The notes beneath the pieces were generated by a model. The model had not been told where the DNA came from. It saw nothing but the letters and a program-made list of their open reading frames with translations, and searched no databases. From the sequence record JF912400.1: a stretch of DNA of 48,766 nucleotides. One strand, 5' to 3'. Positions 26,682 to 35,101 of this stretch are shown in pieces (within the stretch, counting starts at the first letter, position 1; every line of letters starts with the position of its first letter). A program made the translations under genes and the position numbers. The stretch is from Cronobacter phage ESP2949-1.

Positions 26682-27379
26682 TGCTTGTATTCTCTCTTTT
26701 TGACGGCTCCGGCTATTCAGCCTATGAGCAAGCACGCCTCGGCCATCAAGTGATCTGCTTCAATGCAGAGAGCGCCGACCACGGAAGCTATGATTCTGTG
26801 CGGATTCATCACGAAAACATCCAGTATGTTGACGTCTGGATTGATGAAGAATTTCTGGATTCTGCCCGTAAAGGCAAATGGGGGAATCCTGACTTCGTGA
26901 TGGCATTCCCTCCCTGCACCGACCTGGCTGGTAGCGGGTCTCGCCATTGGGCCAAAAAGTCAGAGGCCGACCCTGAATTTCAGATTAAGGCCGCGCAGAC
27001 CTGCAAAATTGCCGCGCTCATTGCCGATCACTTTGGTGCGCCGTACTGCATCGAAAACCCTGTCGGCAGGCTGTCAACGCTCTGGCGAAAGCCTGACTAC
27101 ATTTTCAACCCGTGTGACTATGGCGGCTGGATTCGCGCCGATGAGTTCGAGCATCCGGCTTTCCCTGAAATCATCCCGGCGCGCGATGCCTATAAGAAAA
27201 AAACCTGCATCTGGACAGGTAACGGATACGTGCATCCTCACCCGCTATCAGTTCCGGTGCCGAGCGAAGAAAACCCTGGATGGAAAAATCTCGGCGGCAA
27301 GTCGGCAAAGACAAAGCTGATCCGCTCGCTTACACCTCGCGGCTTCGCTCGCGCCGTTGCGCTGGCAAACTCACGATAG
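26681..27379 (+). CDS. DNA cytosine-C5-methyltransferase-like protein (short, divergent)
   Basis: SLFDGSG motif I-like, MAFPPCTDLAGSGSRHW motif IV-like PPC, CIENPVGRL motif VI-like ENP, C-terminal RSLTPRGFARAVALAN; 232 aa. Confidence 0.7.
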   Translation: MLVFSLFDGSGYSAYEQARLGHQVICFNAESADHGSYDSVRIHHENIQYVDVWIDEEFLDSARKGKWGNPDFVMAFPPCTDLAGSGSRHWAKKSEADPEFQIKAAQTCKIAALIADHFGAPYCIENPVGRLSTLWRKPDYIFNPCDYGGWIRADEFEHPAFPEIIPARDAYKKKTCIWTGNGYVHPHPLSVPVPSEENPGWKNLGGKSAKTKLIRSLTPRGFARAVALANSR

Positions 27380-27419
27380 CATTTTTTGTTAAAACTACCC
27401 GGCCTCGGTCGGGTATTAT
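27377..27419 (+). promoter_or_regulatory. TAGCA-dyad promoter cassette
   Basis: TAGCA-TTTTT-TGTTA, TAAAAC -35, 18-bp hairpin spacer, TATTAT -10; overlaps the MTase TAG stop. Confidence 0.7.
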
Positions 27420-27427
27420 TTTTTTCA
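27396..27427 (+). terminator. Terminator-like hairpin + U-tract interleaved with promoter
   Basis: TACCCG-gcctcggt-CGGGTA followed by TTATTTTTTTC. Confidence 0.6.
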
Positions 27428-27465
27428 GAGGCGGCGCGGTGCCGCGAATGAATGAGGGTAAGACG

Positions 27466-27654
27466 ATGAACACATACGACCTGACCACTAAAAATGTACC
27501 AGCTTTCGAGGTGGTGGAAAACGGCCCGGACTCTACCGATTACGTTGTCGCAACTGTCAAAGGAGAGACTGCCGCACGCCTGCGCGCTTCGTCCTTCCAG
27601 GATCGAAACGGTTACTTGGGATACGGCTACGTCATCCGCCAGGTTGCGGAATAA
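27466..27654 (+). CDS. Hypothetical protein
   Basis: MNTYDLTTKNVPAFEVVENG...; start refined; downstream of cassette. Confidence 0.6.
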   Translation: MNTYDLTTKNVPAFEVVENGPDSTDYVVATVKGETAARLRASSFQDRNGYLGYGYVIRQVAE

Positions 27655-27695
27655 CCAATCCGCCCCGGCAACGGGGCATTATCTGAGGTGATAAA

Positions 27696-28109
27696 ATGTC
27701 CAAATCTTTTTACGCTAAATGCACATCCGAGAATGAAAATTCAAGATATGAATATGGCCGCCTGTATCGCATTGTAGAGGGTCGCGATGGAAAGCTATCC
27801 ATCTGCATTGGCAGGGATAAATATTCAGCCAGCGTTAACGACGCGGGCCTTATTTTTGATTATGAGTATCCGTCCGCTAGATTCACAGAAATAAAGACGC
27901 GAACAATTAAATGCGTCCAGGTGAAGCATCACATTCCGGGCAAAAAATCCTTTACCGAAGGCAAGCGCTACCGGATCGAGAAGGGGCGCGCTCTTGGATC
28001 GGTCGGCGGCATTGTTTTCGATAATGATGGGTACCCGTGGAACCTTTACCGTGATGAATTAGGCTTCTCCTGCGCCGACACGTACTATTTCGAGGCCAAA
28101 TATTTTTGA
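27696..28109 (+). CDS. Hypothetical protein with two related YRI-containing halves
   Basis: 137 aa; YRIVEGRDGKL.. / YRIEKGRALGS..., each followed by an NDAGLI/VFDNDGYP block. Confidence 0.6.
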   Translation: MSKSFYAKCTSENENSRYEYGRLYRIVEGRDGKLSICIGRDKYSASVNDAGLIFDYEYPSARFTEIKTRTIKCVQVKHHIPGKKSFTEGKRYRIEKGRALGSVGGIVFDNDGYPWNLYRDELGFSCADTYYFEAKYF

Positions 28110-28159
28110 TGAACGGGCGGCTATGCCGCCTTTTTATTTTGCCCGACTGCCGAATCCGA

Positions 28160-28202
28160 TAGCACGAAAGGCTAAAAAAAATTAAGATATCGGATCTACA
28201 AT
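28160..28202 (+). promoter_or_regulatory. TAGCA-dyad promoter cassette
   Basis: TAGCA-CGAAA-GGCTA, TAAAAA, 18 bp, TACAAT; 28 nt upstream of the 28230 ATG. Confidence 0.7.
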
Positions 28203-28229
28203 GCGGGCAACAAAAGGAGATCGCATTAA

Positions 28230-29813
28230 ATGTTTGATGATTTCAACACCAACAAATTAACCCCACAGCAAATTATCGCCGCCGCTGAATCTCAGGGCGT
28301 TTCGCCGGTGCGCGTGTCCATTATGGCGAACGGCTATCGTCAATCGTCAAGTTTCTGGAACAACGTCGAGGATATCAACACGGGATCTGATAAGTACCCT
28401 GTTATCTCTCTCGGAAATGATATCGACGTTGTTGGGAAGCTGGCGCGCAATATGGCTAATTCAGTGCAATTCCCGGAGTCGTCCGCTTATGCTCACTTCC
28501 TCGGCTGCATATCCGCCGCCATGCTCGGCAAGTTCACAGTCGAGTATCACGGCACCGACCAGCCAACGGCGCTTTACGTTGTAACCAGTCAGCCGCCATC
28601 GACGGGTAAATCAGCTATAAACTCACTGGCGATTGCCCCGATGATTGCAGAGGTTGAGCGCATCAACGAGGCGCGCAAGAAGCAACGCAAAACGGTGCTG
28701 GCTAAGCTTTCCGCGCTGAATAAAGAGATGAAGCTTGAGAAGTCATCTACTGAGATGGCCGCGCTCTTTGAGCAAAAAGAGGAACTTGAGGAAAAGCTTC
28801 AAAAGATGGGGGATATCGTTTTTCCGGTATCAGACACGACGCCGGAAGGTCTGGCGAAAATCAACAATCGCCAGGGTAACTTTGCTGTTATTTCCGATGA
28901 GGCGACCAGTATCAACAGCCTTCTCGGTCTGACCTATGCCAATAGTGAGCGCAAAACAAACAGCGAACTGGTGCTCAAGGCGTGGGATGCCGGATATGTC
29001 TCCATTGCCCGCGCCAATGCGGACAACAACATGTCATTCCAGGCGCTCGGCGCGATGGCGGTAATCGCCCAGGATGAAACTATCAACGGGATCATGGAAG
29101 CCGGGTCACGCGGTATCGGTGTATCGGAACGTTTCTTGCTGGTGCGTGAAGAAAGCTATCTTGGCCGCCGTAGCTTTGTGGATGAGAGCGGCGAGTCAAC
29201 GTATTGCCCGGTTGATAATGAGTTAAAGGCTCAATATTTCACGCTCGTTCACAACATCATGGCAGAGCAAAACGTGAAGCTTACTGTCAGCAAATCTGCC
29301 ATGCGATGCCTAAACCTTGCGCGTCAGGAGATGGAACCACACCTGGCAGATGGTGGGAAATATTCTCACACGATGTTGCGCGGCGCGCTCGGTAAGATGG
29401 ATAAGCAGGTCATTCGACTGGCAGCGGTTGTGCATGTGATCCGCAATTGGTTTAACCCGAAAGGCAACCCGCAAAAGTCTCGTGAAATCGGCGTCGAGAC
29501 GATGCAGGAAGCGCTGGTGATGTTTAACGAGTTAAGCAAGACCTACATCAGCGCGGCCAACGCTTCCGGCCATGCTGGTGACGATGCAGAGATGAGCAAG
29601 CTGATTGATATCATCAGCCGCCACGGCAAGGCAAACAAGGGGATGCTCAGTGTTCGTGCGCTGTATGAGGCCGCGAGGAAGGTTAAACCGTTTACCGGGC
29701 AGGCTGGCGTCATGCGCAGGCTTGAGAATGACCTGCTTCCGATGCTTGAGGCGAGGAACTACATCTGCGTTATCAACACGACGATATTCATTAACCCGAT
29801 GCTGATAGGTTAA
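28230..29813 (+). CDS. DUF3987-like P-loop helicase/primase-associated protein
   Basis: 527 aa; YVVTSQPPSTGKSAINSLAIAPM; FAVISDEA; GVSERFLLVRE. Confidence 0.75.
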   Translation: MFDDFNTNKLTPQQIIAAAESQGVSPVRVSIMANGYRQSSSFWNNVEDINTGSDKYPVISLGNDIDVVGKLARNMANSVQFPESSAYAHFLGCISAAMLGKFTVEYHGTDQPTALYVVTSQPPSTGKSAINSLAIAPMIAEVERINEARKKQRKTVLAKLSALNKEMKLEKSSTEMAALFEQKEELEEKLQKMGDIVFPVSDTTPEGLAKINNRQGNFAVISDEATSINSLLGLTYANSERKTNSELVLKAWDAGYVSIARANADNNMSFQALGAMAVIAQDETINGIMEAGSRGIGVSERFLLVREESYLGRRSFVDESGESTYCPVDNELKAQYFTLVHNIMAEQNVKLTVSKSAMRCLNLARQEMEPHLADGGKYSHTMLRGALGKMDKQVIRLAAVVHVIRNWFNPKGNPQKSREIGVETMQEALVMFNELSKTYISAANASGHAGDDAEMSKLIDIISRHGKANKGMLSVRALYEAARKVKPFTGQAGVMRRLENDLLPMLEARNYICVINTTIFINPMLIG

Positions 29814-29817
29814 AGAA

Positions 29818-30207
29818 ATGTTTCTTCTCGATCTGTATCGCTGGTGTGAGTCATGGAACAGATTCAACCGTCAACAACTCGCCAAATTCGTCTTTGATCA
29901 CAGGGAGTGTGATCGACTGGCGCGCGCTGCCAATACCAACCGTCGCACGTTCGCCTCTATGGTATCGCGTGAGTTTTTTGGCAGGATGGCAACTGCCGGA
30001 TATCTGGATATCAAAGACAGATATGCAATCGCCAGGCCATCGCGTCGGCCATTCTGTTTTGAGCTTTACAGCCTTGAGGGGATGAAGAACGAATATATCA
30101 GGGAGATGATGAACATAGGGGATATGAGTGATGATGAGCTATTCGGCGTCGCAAGCGCTAATAGACGAAGTTATGAAGCATTGCGCCGTAAATTCAATCT
30201 CGCATGA
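29818..30207 (+). CDS. Hypothetical protein
   Basis: 129 aa. Confidence 0.55.
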   Translation: MFLLDLYRWCESWNRFNRQQLAKFVFDHRECDRLARAANTNRRTFASMVSREFFGRMATAGYLDIKDRYAIARPSRRPFCFELYSLEGMKNEYIREMMNIGDMSDDELFGVASANRRSYEALRRKFNLA

Positions 30208-30328
30208 CCAGTTTATTTATGCCCTGCTGGTGTTGCTCAGGGCGGATATGAAGGCTTTCGGCGATAGCGAGCACAACTTGCATGATGAAGATGGAGTGTT
30301 GCTTGTGCATGTCAAGTTGATGGAATAA
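30128..30328 (+). CDS. Hypothetical protein (start uncertain, perhaps ATG 30173)
   Basis: Overlaps the end of 29818..30207 and ends just before the terminator. Confidence 0.35.
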   Translation: MMMSYSASQALIDEVMKHCAVNSISHDQFIYALLVLLRADMKAFGDSEHNLHDEDGVLLVHVKLME

Positions 30329-30329
30329 G

Positions 30330-30356
30330 AAAAGGCCCGTTATTGGGCCTTTTTTC
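30330..30356. terminator. Bidirectional rho-independent terminator between convergent operons
   Basis: AAAAGGCCC-gttatt-GGGCCTTTTTTC. Confidence 0.85.
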
Positions 30357-30750
30357 TTTTCGCCAGCCAGCCAAAGAGAAGCGGGATAAATATGACCGAG
30401 AATATCGCCGCCACCGCCACCGCCGCCGTTATCCATCCTGAATCCGAGTTCCGGATCTCAATCTTGTCTGCGGTGATTGTCTGCGCCTGGATACTGCTGG
30501 CGCTAACCTTCTTACGACTCGACGTGTCTACCGCGCCGACTGATGAGCCTTTTATGCTGGTGTCCTGCTCGGTGCTTGAGTCGCTCTTGGCGGTCACGCC
30601 TACCGTTTGCTTAACGTTCTCTTGCCCGGCCTGCGCCGTGATATCCGGCTTACTCCCGATTAAACCGGTCAGCGCAGACGTTGCAGAACATCCAGAAACC
30701 AGGGCGGCCAGTATAAGAACCGCCAGGATTTTCTTTCTGAATTTAATCAT
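30340..30750 (-). CDS. Lipoprotein with C-terminal TM: candidate unimolecular spanin
   Basis: LAALVSGCSA lipobox; C-terminal WITAAVAVAAIFSVIFIPLLFGWLAKRKK; lies in the lysis cassette. Confidence 0.6.
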   Translation of the reverse strand: MIKFRKKILAVLILAALVSGCSATSALTGLIGSKPDITAQAGQENVKQTVGVTAKSDSSTEQDTSIKGSSVGAVDTSSRKKVSASSIQAQTITADKIEIRNSDSGWITAAVAVAAIFSVIFIPLLFGWLAKRKKAQ

Positions 30751-31256
30751 TTCAGATCCTTAACGCACATTTTGTGTTCTTCTTTGCGGCGATTGTTGAG
30801 GCCATTGCTAACAACTTTCACCTTCTTCTTGACGCCGTTTTTCACCTGCGTCTTGGTGATTTTGTTCCAGACGTAAAGCTTGTCACACGCCTGCCGCAGC
30901 TTGCCCTGGTTAATCAGCTTAAGCATGGTCGAGTTGCGGAAAGCGCTCGCGCCAACGTTGAACGTGAAGCTGTAGAGCGAGGCGCGCATGCTGTCAGGGA
31001 TATCAACCTTAACGGAAGAATCAACAGCATTTGCCGCCTTCTCAATGTGCTTGTTAAGCAACAACCGGCATTCTCGCTTGGAGTAGGTTTTACCGGGTAC
31101 CACGTCCTGGCCAGTGATTCCGTTGCAGACCGTAAGAACTCCGGCAACGTCATAATATGGCGTGTACTCTGTGCCCTCCACCATTTCAATTAACGGCGCT
31201 GCCAGCGCGATAGCGCCAGCAACAACGCCAGTGACTGCTACTTTTCTGATGCTCAT
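30747..31256 (-). CDS. GH24 lysozyme, probable SAR endolysin
   Basis: N-terminal VAVTGVVAGAIALAAPLIEM weakly hydrophobic signal; EG-x8-D-x5-T triad (EGTEYTPYYDVAGVLTVCNGITG). Confidence 0.88.
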   Translation of the reverse strand: MSIRKVAVTGVVAGAIALAAPLIEMVEGTEYTPYYDVAGVLTVCNGITGQDVVPGKTYSKRECRLLLNKHIEKAANAVDSSVKVDIPDSMRASLYSFTFNVGASAFRNSTMLKLINQGKLRQACDKLYVWNKITKTQVKNGVKKKVKVVSNGLNNRRKEEHKMCVKDLK

Positions 31257-31489
31257 TAATTTTTGCTCCTGATCCGAATTGCTTCTTCAATTGCCCCGCG
31301 CTCAAGCGCATCATGAAGCGCCTTGCTATCCTTATGGCGCAGATAAGTTCCGTAGGCGGCAAAGGCAATCATGAACGCGGCACTGATTATCGCCACGATT
31401 AACTCACCACTTAATGCGGAGAAAATCGAAGCGCCACCGAAGCCGCCGACACTCTGATTAATTACGCCGTGATTTAAAAATTCTTTCAT
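31256..31489 (-). CDS. Holin-like membrane protein
   Basis: ELIVAIISAAFMIAFAAYGTYLRHK TM; overlaps the endolysin start; charged C-terminus. Confidence 0.7.
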   Translation of the reverse strand: MKEFLNHGVINQSVGGFGGASIFSALSGELIVAIISAAFMIAFAAYGTYLRHKDSKALHDALERGAIEEAIRIRSKN

Positions 31490-31562
31490 GGTCAAACCTT
31501 ATTAGCTTAATTTTGTCAATGGGAGTATCGCGAATACTAACCACAAAAGGCCAATATTGAAA

Positions 31563-31593
31563 CAAAAAAAAGAGCGCCCAATATGGACGCTCT
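31563..31593 (-). terminator. Rho-independent terminator downstream of phosphoesterase gene
   Basis: Minus strand AGAGCGTCC-atatt-GGGCGCTCT-TTTTTTT. Confidence 0.85.
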
Positions 31594-31644
31594 CTATAAG
31601 CCTTTGTTACCAAAGGGTTAACTATTTAAAGAAAAGTTTATTTT

Positions 31645-32787
31645 TCACTTAAGCATTTCCGGGGAAATAGTTAACCGGCTAACTTCTCCGTACTGGTCAC
31701 TATAAGTGATGACGTTTGCGCTGCGCTTACTCAACCACCCGCCGCGAGACGCATACGCATCTTTTGCCGCAAGCGTCCGATGCTGCTCGATAACCATGTT
31801 CCGGCTCTCTACCAGCTTTTGATGATGCAGATGCCCAACGTGCGCATAGCTGTATTGCGTGCGCCCGAACGTTTCGCGGTACTTGCTGATCATGACCGCC
31901 TCAATGGCGTCAAATCTTGCCTTGTGACCGTGATGGAAGAAAAGCGACGTCTTGCCATGCTCGATCATCTTGTACACGTCCGGGTCGGTGTCAACAATGA
32001 CGCGAGGCTCATCAACATAAAGCGCATTGAACATCTCTGCAAGCCAAATCATGCCGCTTTCGTCGTGGTTGCCCTGAACAATCAACAGCCGAACTTCTTC
32101 ATGTTTCTCCAGCGCCATAGTCACCACAGACTTGACCATCTGGATCATGTATCGGACAAGCTTCTGGTATCGCGTGTCGGCATCCAGAACGTGACCGCTT
32201 GCATTGGTAACAGCCTCCAGGCCGTCAAAGTGCGCGAAGTCACCCAGCAAGTTAATCACGCCGACGCGGGCTGCTGGAGAGATCTCAAATGCAGCGCCAA
32301 ACCATTTGTAGAACAAATCGCGCGCGATGCTCATATCCCAATCGTCGCCTGATTCCTCTCCCCACGCCAGCATACCCAGGTGATAATCTGACACGGTGTA
32401 GAGGTTGAGAAGATGTTGAGAGTGGATTCGTTGCAGATCGGACTGGCTGAAAGGAACTGGAGCAACCGGCTTAACATCTTCGCAAAGGGCTTCTACGGCC
32501 ATCCGCATTAACTCCATTTGGCGTTCTTTGTCCTGATCGGTTTTCAGCCAGGCCTGCTTAAATTCCCCATCCTTGCCTACCAGGGTTGATACGCCTTTTA
32601 CCTTGTAACCGTCCGGAACCATCCCGGAATAGTCGCGGCCATGACCATGACCGATACGGCTTAATTTTCCGCTGCGTGCTTCAACGGTGCGAACGTGCAT
32701 ACCGTATTTTTCGGCGATTTCGCGAAGCGTTAAACCTTTGCGACGTTCCTCTAAAAGCTGCGCATCGGTGATTTTCTTTTGACTCAT
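31645..32787 (-). CDS. Calcineurin-like metallophosphoesterase with N-terminal HTH
   Basis: HTH LTLREIAEKYGMHVRTVEARSGKLSR; GNHDES, HHGHKAR and GHLHHQ metal-binding motifs. Confidence 0.85.
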   Translation of the reverse strand: MSQKKITDAQLLEERRKGLTLREIAEKYGMHVRTVEARSGKLSRIGHGHGRDYSGMVPDGYKVKGVSTLVGKDGEFKQAWLKTDQDKERQMELMRMAVEALCEDVKPVAPVPFSQSDLQRIHSQHLLNLYTVSDYHLGMLAWGEESGDDWDMSIARDLFYKWFGAAFEISPAARVGVINLLGDFAHFDGLEAVTNASGHVLDADTRYQKLVRYMIQMVKSVVTMALEKHEEVRLLIVQGNHDESGMIWLAEMFNALYVDEPRVIVDTDPDVYKMIEHGKTSLFFHHGHKARFDAIEAVMISKYRETFGRTQYSYAHVGHLHHQKLVESRNMVIEQHRTLAAKDAYASRGGWLSKRSANVITYSDQYGEVSRLTISPEMLK

Positions 32788-32796
32788 TTCAGATCC

Positions 32797-32871
32797 TTAT
32801 TGCATTACCACAATGTAAACAAAAAACCAGGTGATTAACGCGGCCAATACTACCCCGATAAAACTTTTCAC
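32797..32871 (-). CDS. Putative 24-aa membrane microprotein
   Basis: GTG start after aaggtg: (M)KSFIGVVLAALITWFFVYIVVMQ; fills the only gap between neighbours. Confidence 0.3.
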   Translation of the reverse strand: MKSFIGVVLAALITWFFVYIVVMQ

Positions 32872-32876
32872 ACAAT

Positions 32877-33131
32877 TCACCTTAACCTTTTCTTTTGCTC
32901 CTTCGTCTGATTGACGATGGCCTTCGCGTCAACCTTAACAGGAACGGCAGGAACGCGGATCATCTTCCTCGGCTTCTCCTTGAGGTATGTCATGCGCCCG
33001 TTGCCGATGATACTAACATCCGATATGTCGAAGAATGACGCGATCCGCTTTATGTCATCATCAAGCCCGCATTCCTTTGCGTGCTCCCAAACTGCCTGGC
33101 GACCAGAATCAACCTTCATCAATTTCACCAT
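32877..33131 (-). CDS. Hypothetical protein
   Basis: 84 aa. Confidence 0.5.
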   Translation of the reverse strand: MVKLMKVDSGRQAVWEHAKECGLDDDIKRIASFFDISDVSIIGNGRMTYLKEKPRKMIRVPAVPVKVDAKAIVNQTKEQKKRLR

Positions 33132-33345
33132 TCAGGTCAAAGGATCTCGCCATCTGCTCATAAACCCAGGCAGCTTCTACGCCATGCGCAGCGTTAAAGT
33201 AGACCTGTCCGATAGCGCCATCAAGAAAGAACTCTTTCGGATCTTTCAGATAATCGGCAATGCTGGAACGCGAAAGGTTGAGAAGGTGCGGGAAGAAAAC
33301 GCGAGGTTTTGCCGGTACGATTTTGATAGTTTTTGCGTATTTCAT
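33109..33345 (-). CDS. Hypothetical protein
   Basis: MKYAKTIKIVPAKPRVFFPHLLNLSRSSIAD...; cassette upstream. Confidence 0.6.
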   Translation of the reverse strand: MKYAKTIKIVPAKPRVFFPHLLNLSRSSIADYLKDPKEFFLDGAIGQVYFNAAHGVEAAWVYEQMARSFDLNGEIDEG

Positions 33346-33374
33346 GTTGAAGCCCTCATTTGGTTGATGAAAAA

Positions 33375-33417
33375 ATAATACCCGCATTAAGCGGGCATTG
33401 TTTAGCATTTAGTGCTT
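33375..33417 (-). promoter_or_regulatory. TAGCA-dyad promoter cassette
   Basis: AAGCA-CTAAA-TGCTA, TAAACA, 18 bp with CCCGC/GCGGG, TATTAT. Confidence 0.7.
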
Positions 33418-33654
33418 TTTGCTCATTTCCTTTTCGCACTCGACGAAGCTTTCAAGCTCCCTGGCGATGTAAACGCTCCATTCTTCGAGGTCGTACTTTC
33501 TGATATCCTCAAAGCTCATATCAAGCGCGCCGGAGAAATCCCACGGATCAGGAATTACCGCTGACGCATAAGCGTCTTTGGTTATCATCTCGCAAACGAG
33601 ACCACGGAATAAAAGCCATTCGCCATTATCGGTTAACGCAGCTACTCGCATCAA
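33409..33654 (-). CDS. Hypothetical protein
   Basis: 81 aa; its TAA stop lies in the cassette dyad. Confidence 0.6.
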   Translation of the reverse strand: MMRVAALTDNGEWLLFRGLVCEMITKDAYASAVIPDPWDFSGALDMSFEDIRKYDLEEWSVYIARELESFVECEKEMSKKH

Positions 33655-34361
33655 ATACTCCTTGCCTTTGCCCGGCGATTAAGAACAGATGGACATATTT
33701 CGGAAATCTTAACGTAATTGGTTTTTTGAGTCTCACCATCTTTTAATTTTCGCATGATGAAAATCACGCTGCCTTTGTTATTGCCAGATACCGGCTCGCC
33801 GGTTAATCCTGAAATAAAGGCCAGGCGACCGGTGCGGGAATATTTGCGGCCTTCTTCCTCCCATGAATCGCCAATAATCCAGATGATTTCCGCAGCGTGC
33901 TTTTGCGCGTCGGCAAACCAGGCAGTTGACGGATCGGCAGGTAGAAGCATGTCAATTTGGTTGTCGTGCTCCATCTGCTCAATAGCCTTTAAGACGAAAA
34001 GGTCAGGTGCGCTATAAGGAGGATTCAGCCACACATGCTTTCGACTTCCCCACCAGCGCTTGAGGCAATTAGTTTCTGCGCTGTAGAATTTTTCGCACTT
34101 TTTATTTGATTCCGACGCCGCAGCATCCAGATCATATTTTCCGTAGCGATTCTCAAGCCACTGGATAATTTCGTCGTTCGTTTCCCATAGGTCACGAACA
34201 ACGTCAGGAGTCTTAGACCCTAAATAACGGTTTCCGGTAACTTTGAAATACTGATTCGGCTTAACAGCTTGGTAATGCCCTCCAGACGCCAGCGCAGAAC
34301 GAACAAGCAAATTGCTGTCAATGAAGTTGTCGATTGTCTTGATATCATTGTTGTCTTTCAT
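33651..34361 (-). CDS. Phage DNA N6-adenine methyltransferase (Dam-like)
   Basis: YDLDAAASESNKKCEKFY...KHVWLNPPYS: phage-type Dam with NPPY motif. Confidence 0.88.
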   Translation of the reverse strand: MKDNNDIKTIDNFIDSNLLVRSALASGGHYQAVKPNQYFKVTGNRYLGSKTPDVVRDLWETNDEIIQWLENRYGKYDLDAAASESNKKCEKFYSAETNCLKRWWGSRKHVWLNPPYSAPDLFVLKAIEQMEHDNQIDMLLPADPSTAWFADAQKHAAEIIWIIGDSWEEEGRKYSRTGRLAFISGLTGEPVSGNNKGSVIFIMRKLKDGETQKTNYVKISEICPSVLNRRAKARSI

Positions 34362-34603
34362 TATTTGATCCCTTTCGGATAGTCAAAAGTAGTGATGGTT
34401 ACAGACCCGGTAAAACCGCCATCGTCAGGAACAAGGCCGGAGTAGCGAGTATCCACCGCGCCGACAGAAACTTTCTGGCCGCCTCGCCATTCCTGCAAAC
34501 ACTGACCGTTTACGCTGGTAGCGCAAAAGCCATCAGGCTTCGGAGTATTTGAGCATGCGGTTAGTGTCACAGAGACAATTACTGCTAAAACAATGCGTTT
34601 CAT
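34361..34603 (-). CDS. Small lipoprotein
   Basis: MKRIVLAVIVSVTLTACSNT lipobox; start refined; cassette upstream. Confidence 0.65.
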   Translation of the reverse strand: MKRIVLAVIVSVTLTACSNTPKPDGFCATSVNGQCLQEWRGGQKVSVGAVDTRYSGLVPDDGGFTGSVTITTFDYPKGIK

Positions 34604-34630
34604 GATTTTCCCCTTTAAGTTGACTAGATA

Positions 34631-34673
34631 ATGATACCCGGCATCGCCTGGCACTGTTTAGCTATTCGTGCTA
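34631..34673 (-). promoter_or_regulatory. TAGCA-dyad promoter cassette
   Basis: TAGCA-CGAAT-AGCTA, TAAACA, 18 bp, TATCAT. Confidence 0.7.
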
Positions 34674-35101
34674 TTTGCCAGCATATCGGCAACAGCGATC
34701 TCGAATTGATTTACTCCATAGGTGACGGCGGCGAATCCTCCGCGCTCTCTAACCTTCCGCAAAAATTCGCGCTGCTCCTTACTGACCGGTGAAGCCTTTC
34801 CTTTCCCGCTCTTATTCACGCGTTTCATCTCGATAGCGCCGAAAGGATACTTGCAGCCTGGGCGGCTAAGACCAATCAGGAAAACGTAGTCGGAAACTCC
34901 CTTTAGTAGACCGGCTTGGTCATCAAGTAGCGCGGAGTGGATATGCTTTTTCCCCTCGTTAACTGTATGCCAAAAAAGCAAATCTTCATGATGAACTCGA
35001 AGGAAGGTTACGCCATCTACCTGGTGGCTTTCCTCCTTTCTGGTGTCGCTCGGATCTGGCTCGTAGTATTCCAGATAATCGCCTTTGTCTTTAATCGTCA
35101 A
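34658..35101 (-). CDS. VRR-NUC family nuclease
   Basis: GVSDYVFLIG...GAIEMKR....SKEQREFLRKVRERGGFAAVTYG. Confidence 0.8.
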   Translation of the reverse strand: MTIKDKGDYLEYYEPDPSDTRKEESHQVDGVTFLRVHHEDLLFWHTVNEGKKHIHSALLDDQAGLLKGVSDYVFLIGLSRPGCKYPFGAIEMKRVNKSGKGKASPVSKEQREFLRKVRERGGFAAVTYGVNQFEIAVADMLANSTNS

